Shown piece by piece: positions 33,180-38,123 of a stretch of DNA of 38,123 nt (position 1 is the first letter of the stretch; each line of letters opens with the position of its first letter). The translations under genes were made by a program, and so were the position numbers. The DNA lies in assembly GCA_900088475.1 (NCBI GenBank), contig FLMG01003580.1:1-38123 (forward strand), in the 5' to 3' direction. Source of the DNA: Hyphochytrium catenoides (Eukaryota > Protista > Hyphochytriomycota). Below the pieces are notes generated by a model. The model was not told where the DNA came from, did not search any database, and saw only the letters and a program-made list of their open reading frames with translations.

Positions 33180-35061
33180 GGTCTCTGATGGTGTACGATT
33201 CTCCATGACAGGAAGGAAGAGACTACTAGAGTAGGCAGCAGCGGTGGCTGAAGCACCATTTAGCTAGTCGTTCTTTCCTATGTTTTTCTACTATAATCAC
33301 ACTCCGCCAAGTAAAAAAATATTAGAAATGGACCGTGACGACGGCCGTCTTGAAGTCAAGAAGGCGATGGATCAGTGATGATAAAGATGAGATGGCAGAG
33401 TTCGTTGAAGGCTCTTCCTTCTCGTAGTGCAAATAGCAGAATGAGATTCATGAAGATTATGCGCTCGAGCAATGCTCAATAGACTAATGATGCTCAGGGA
33501 CTGTAGAGCCCATGTATGTAAAGCTTATGAAGTTGATGTGCAAGAGAGAAACACTCTAAGAAAGGGAGATATCAGAGAGTGTTAGAAAATGACTGAACGG
33601 TCACCAAGGGATCCATCGTCTCAGACAAGAGAATCGGCAAACAAATTGGTGGCCAGAAGAAGGAAAGGGAAGAAGTAATGAAAGTCGGAAAGAGATAGTT
33701 CATGAAGCAAGAAGAGAACAAATTTCTAGGAGAAAAAATAGTGAAAGGAGAAAGTAGGACAAAGAATCAAGAGAAGGATATTCCTTGCCATAGAAACCCA
33801 AAAGAACAAGAGATCTCAACAGATAGCTCTGCTGCAGCAGGCTCACGAATGAACGAGTTGAGAGGACAGTTGGCCACTAGTAGAGGCATGTCAGCAGATG
33901 ACGGAGGCCAAGAAGTGCTGGATTGCTGATGTCTGTGTGACAAATTTCTAACCTGTGAAGACCTCTGGACCTTCTTGAGCCTATCCTCCTCCTCCAGTTT
34001 TCCATGTAGGGCCGGCCAACACTCGTAATGGAAAAGTAGACGAGTAAAGCCTAGCAGCTCTTTTTTGAAAGCGCCATTTTCTTCTGTGCACTCTCTCTTT
34101 GACCTGTAGGTGGTTTTCATGAGCCAACAACTTCCAGACTTGTTTTGACTCTTGTTGCTTAACCTTTCTTTTCATTCCTAAGAAGAGTAACTTCTTCATC
34201 GTCTTCTCCATGGTTCTTTCTCTTGTTATGTTGTTTGTTGTCTTCTTCTGCTATTGCACCACCGATGAGTTCCATGATTATGATCAAAAAGATAGATGAG
34301 TGAGTGGTGGTGGTCAACAATCGAGTAGTGGAAGTTGGATAGCAACACCACCTGAAGAAGAATCTTGTCATCATACGTACTTCTCTCGTCGTCTTCATTA
34401 GGTGAGCCTTAATAACCAGTCGTCTATTCGCCGATCTTGCTATCCATCATCCAGCAAACGGCGCGGCCACTGTGGGTGGTGACTGCAAGGCACCACTCTA
34501 CCCCTGACTTACCTATCACCCATCACCGATCGAAGGCTATGCGTGCCAACTATTCTACTGGTCCTGCTGCGGTAACTTCTCCTTACCTACGCTGATCTAC
34601 ATGTATCCGTCATCATCATAAGACTGAGAAGCGGCTTCTCAAAGCTGTGAATGGAACGCAGAGAGGCATCGCATGGAGCACAGGCTGGCCGTTCTCCTTC
34701 TGTTATGAAGGGCGCCAGTCCTATTATGCTGGAGGGCTTGTAAGGGCTCCGATGCTGCTGTGTGGTGTTCATTCAAACAACACGGTCATAACTGAGAAGA
34801 AGTGATCAGGTTCTTCTCTCCTTGACGTGCTTCTTCTCATTCTCCTTCTTGTGGTGGAGTCACCGAGGGCCGCTATGCAATCTTCAGATGTAAATCTATA
34901 AGGCAAGGCGACTGCCGCTGTGAGGTACAGAAGGCTATGCATTGTGACTTCTCAACCTTCAGAGCCAACCATCAGCGATACGAAGGTAGAGAGCGCGCGC
35001 TGTTGACTCATGGTCATAGATGGACTGTGAGACAGTGTAGCATGCAGTGAGCAACAGCCTT

Positions 35062-35745
35062 AGCAGTACAAAAGGCCTCCAGGAACTCTTTCTCGACGGA
35101 CCCCACTACTGCCCCACAAACCCTGGTACGAACAGGCACAGGCTAGTGACCTATAAATAACATTATTACGTCCATAGCGAAGGGTGAAGGACAGATGACG
35201 CCAGCCTGTCCATGAGTGCATGAGCAAGAGAGGACACAATCCTTCCCCTGATTCCCCTTTGGTGCCCTCAGACAGCAAGTGCTTCCCCAGTGGTGCTCAA
35301 CCTCTTCCTCTCCGTCTATAGAGCTGTCAACAAAGTGTCAGAGCTTGTGAATCCGCGCACTGGTTGAAGGGTGAAGCTTGGAATAAGCAAGGATCACTGG
35401 TTTCTTCTTCCACTGCGCTAAATGCTTTGCCCGCCTACACCCAAGTACTAACAGTTAGTATAAGAATAACCAGGACCGGTCGCAATCTTCTAGGCGAGCG
35501 AACAAGCCAGAGCTAAGGGCACAAGAGCTGTAAAGAGAGAGCCTAATTAGAGGCGATGGGGCTCCAAGGAAGTACACTGGGGGAAATGTTAGAGTAGGTG
35601 ATGACAAACGAAGGGTGCAGAAAGGGCAGAAGTTCTCTCCCTGCACCTCACCTTTTCTCTTCTGCTTTGGCGGTCTCCTCTATCAATTTGTGGCGCTTAA
35701 GGTTTGCCTCGTGTGCCTTTCGTATGTGCCACTCCCTAAGCTTCT
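35062..35745. repeat. Diverged duplicated segment, copy 2 (partner at ~24035-24625)
   Basis: Same collinear blocks as copy 1, with indels; no intact ORF spans either copy. Confidence 0.85.
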
Positions 35746-35950
35746 GACGTTTCTCTTCAGCTCGCATCAGCTATTTAACAGCGATGAACATGATTAACCA
35801 TAAGTGAAACAGCGAAAGAGCGAGCAAATGCACTTTTACAGGAGAAAGCAGACATGACAGAATGACAGAAAGAGCGCGGACTGAGCGAGAGAGAGGAAGA
35901 AGATCTCTTCATATCTTCTTCTCTTCCCTCGCTCTGGTCGATTCTCATTT

Positions 35951-37846
35951 CTAAGAGTGCCTCCCCATTTGGAGATCTCCTCTTTGTGTCGTCTATGTTG
36001 TTGTCTGTCCTCTTAAGAGGGTACTGCTGCTTACCTCTAATTCCCTTTGTCTTCGGGTCTCTGCCCCAGTCTTCTTCTCAAGTTTCCTCTTCTTTTGCTT
36101 AGATTCTGCCTTGAACTTGGCATATTGCAGCGACAGCTGAGCTTGATCTACCACTTGAGCTTGCAACGTAGAGCTCTTGCGCTTGTGCTGGACAGCCTGC
36201 GGAGGAATTGCCTGAAAAAGAATGATTTGAAGAGGAGAGAGAGGAAGTGAGAGAGAGAGCATTAGGCATGGAGAATAGGGATGGAGAAGGGTTGGAGAAT
36301 GAGAAAGAGTGGGAAGAGTCTCTGCATATAGTCTTGCGGACGCTAGCCCTTACCTTCAGGACGCTAAGGGAGCCTTGTCCCTCTTCCTTTGGTGCTTTTT
36401 TAGTCTTCTGTCGCTTCTTCAGCCACTCATTGAAAGCTTCAGCACTCCTTTGTCTCTTCTTCGCCTCCTCTCTCTTGCTTTCTTCTTCCAGTGCCCGCTG
36501 CAGCTGCTGCTTCATCTTTGCCTTGTGGTCTTGAAGGTAGCACCACTCCTCATAGGTGATCTATAACCCAGACACCGAGATAGGAAGAGAGACAAAAAGT
36601 GAGAGTATGCAGCTGGTATACAGAGAGAGCATGGGAGAAGGGGCCCAAGCCTGGCACTTGGCTTGTTCAAGAGAAAGACTGAGGTAAGAGAAAGTACGGG
36701 AGAAGACGAACGAGAGCGAGCTAAAAACATGCCTTTACCTTGTCGTCACCCGGCAGTCTGTCAACAGGCACAATTTTCGCTTCCTCCCTGCCTCCCGTGA
36801 CTGGTTTTCTTCCCTTGATGTGCCAAGGCCTATCTCCTTGCTGAAGAGACCGTAGGCGCTCTTGAAGATCTGGATCGCTGCTCCCAAGTGGAGGCAAAGA
36901 AAGAAAAAAGAGAGAGAGGGAGAGGGAGGGAGAGAGAAAAAGAGAGAGAGAGAGAGATGGAAGACGGAATAAATCGGTGTGTGCGAGACAGAGGAGATCA
37001 CTTGTGAGAGCTATCTATCAGAAGACGGATCCAAAGAAGGCTGGGATTTGGGAACATAAGGCAAGGAAGCAGAACAGCCAGCGACGCAGCTTCTTGCCCC
37101 TCTGACGAGAGCCTTTCGTCTCCTTGTCTCTCTTTCACATAAACACGCACACATGTTGCTGTCTACCTCTTTCCTTCGCAAACTCTCGCTTTCTTTCTCT
37201 CTCTGTTTGTGTCTCTCTCTTCTCTCTCTCTCTCTCTCTCTCTCTCGTTTCCTTCCTTTCTCACCTATGAACCAGATCCAGCATCATCCGCTTCTCTTTC
37301 TCTTCCAGCTGTCGAAAAGACCAACATATTACGTCGTCACTCATAGACTCTGAGCGGCGAAGATGGCTGAGGAAGGCCTCACTGCTCCAAGAAGAGCAGG
37401 AAAGGCGGCTCTGCTTGCCATTGTTTGGCCGTAGACCGCAAGACGACAGAGAGAGAGAGAAAGAGAGAGAGGGAGAGAAAAGAGAGAGAGAGACAGAGAG
37501 AGAGAGACAGAGAGAGACAGAGAGAGAGAGACAGAGAGAGAGACAGAGAGACCGAGAGACAGAGAGAGAGACGGAGAGACAGAGAGAGAGAGAGAGAGAG
37601 AGAATAAGCTTCTTGATAAGCTCAGGAGAGAGATGATAAAAGGGCTCTTTCATTTTACCTCGTCCGTGACCTCATTCTCCTGGAATGGACGCTGCCGCCC
37701 GAAGGAGAGGGCGACAGCGGAGGAGTCACTCTTATACTTGTCAGGGTTATACGCAGGAGCGGCTCGTGCTTCTGGGGCCTTCCTCTCTTTGCCTTCGGCT
37801 GTTGGGGCGTCTCTAATCGTCCCCTTGGGTCCCATGCCCGTTGTCT
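35951..37846 (-). CDS. Partial multi-exon coiled-coil protein, CCDC34/CCDC181-like (5' end unresolved, probably upstream or beyond the window)
   Basis: GT-AG exons translate to DPDLQERLRSLQQGDRPW..., ITYEEWCYLQDHKAKMKQQLQRALEEESKREEAKKRQRSAEAFNEWLKKRQK... and AQLSLQYAKFKAESKQKKRKLEKK. Repeated (Y/F)xEW motifs in a charged coiled coil are typical of these families. Terminal exons are uncertain. Confidence 0.5.
37445..37602. repeat. (GA)n/(GAGAC)-type intronic microsatellite
   Basis: Directly visible; CT-rich on the sense strand of the minus-strand coiled-coil gene. Confidence 0.9.
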
Positions 37847-38123
37847 AAAGGTAATCACTCAAACGAGGCGAAGCCAAAAGATAACAGCGAGAGTGTGCCT
37901 CTCTCTATCTCGGCGCTGGACCATGATGGCGCTTCTTTTGGCTCATCAACCTATGAAAAGGAAGAAGACAGGGCAATGGAGCCCTGGGCGCCGCAGCGAT
38001 TTGTGAAGCTTAGCAAGGGCCCAGCGGAAGATGGGGATGGAAAGCGTGGTTAATAATGGAATGGAAGGGAGCGGAAAGGGCAGACAGACAGAAAGGAAGA
38101 GGGAGAGAACGAGAGCAAAAGAG

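Noticed and set aside
33702-34398. Coding-looking minus-strand fragments (e.g. FKKELLGFTRLLFHYECW)
   Set aside because: They lie in different frames without consistent splice sites or identifiable homology.

Overview
Eukaryotic nuclear DNA with GT-AG spliceosomal introns, very abundant (GA)n/(CT)n microsatellites, six N gaps and the standard genetic code. It is probably from a SAR-lineage protist; this is inferred from a Rheb paralog with four TM helices. Spliced genes reconstructed by hand: a Qa/syntaxin-like SNARE (+), a three-repeat (R1R2R3) MYB (+), a Rheb GTPase whose CaaX tail is replaced by four TM helices plus an acidic dileucine motif (-), FANCI (+), a cycloartenol-type oxidosqualene cyclase with a hydrophobic N-terminal extension (-), and a partial CCDC34/CCDC181-like coiled-coil gene (-). 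The 18.7-35.8 kb interval is an accessory, repeat-rich region. It contains a direct+inverted ~320 bp repeat array, a Ty3/gypsy gag remnant and a rearranged segmental duplication. Most notably it holds three intronless paralogs encoding secreted prepropeptides: signal peptide, acidic prodomain, RRL...RK junction, then a ~60-80 aa six-cysteine domain (C-x8-C-x13/25-C-x19/20-C-x9-CC). That domain is hypervariable while the prepro region is strongly conserved, the pattern typical of defensin/toxin/effector families. One copy carries an in-frame TAG. Most short ORFs in the supplied track are microsatellite artefacts.
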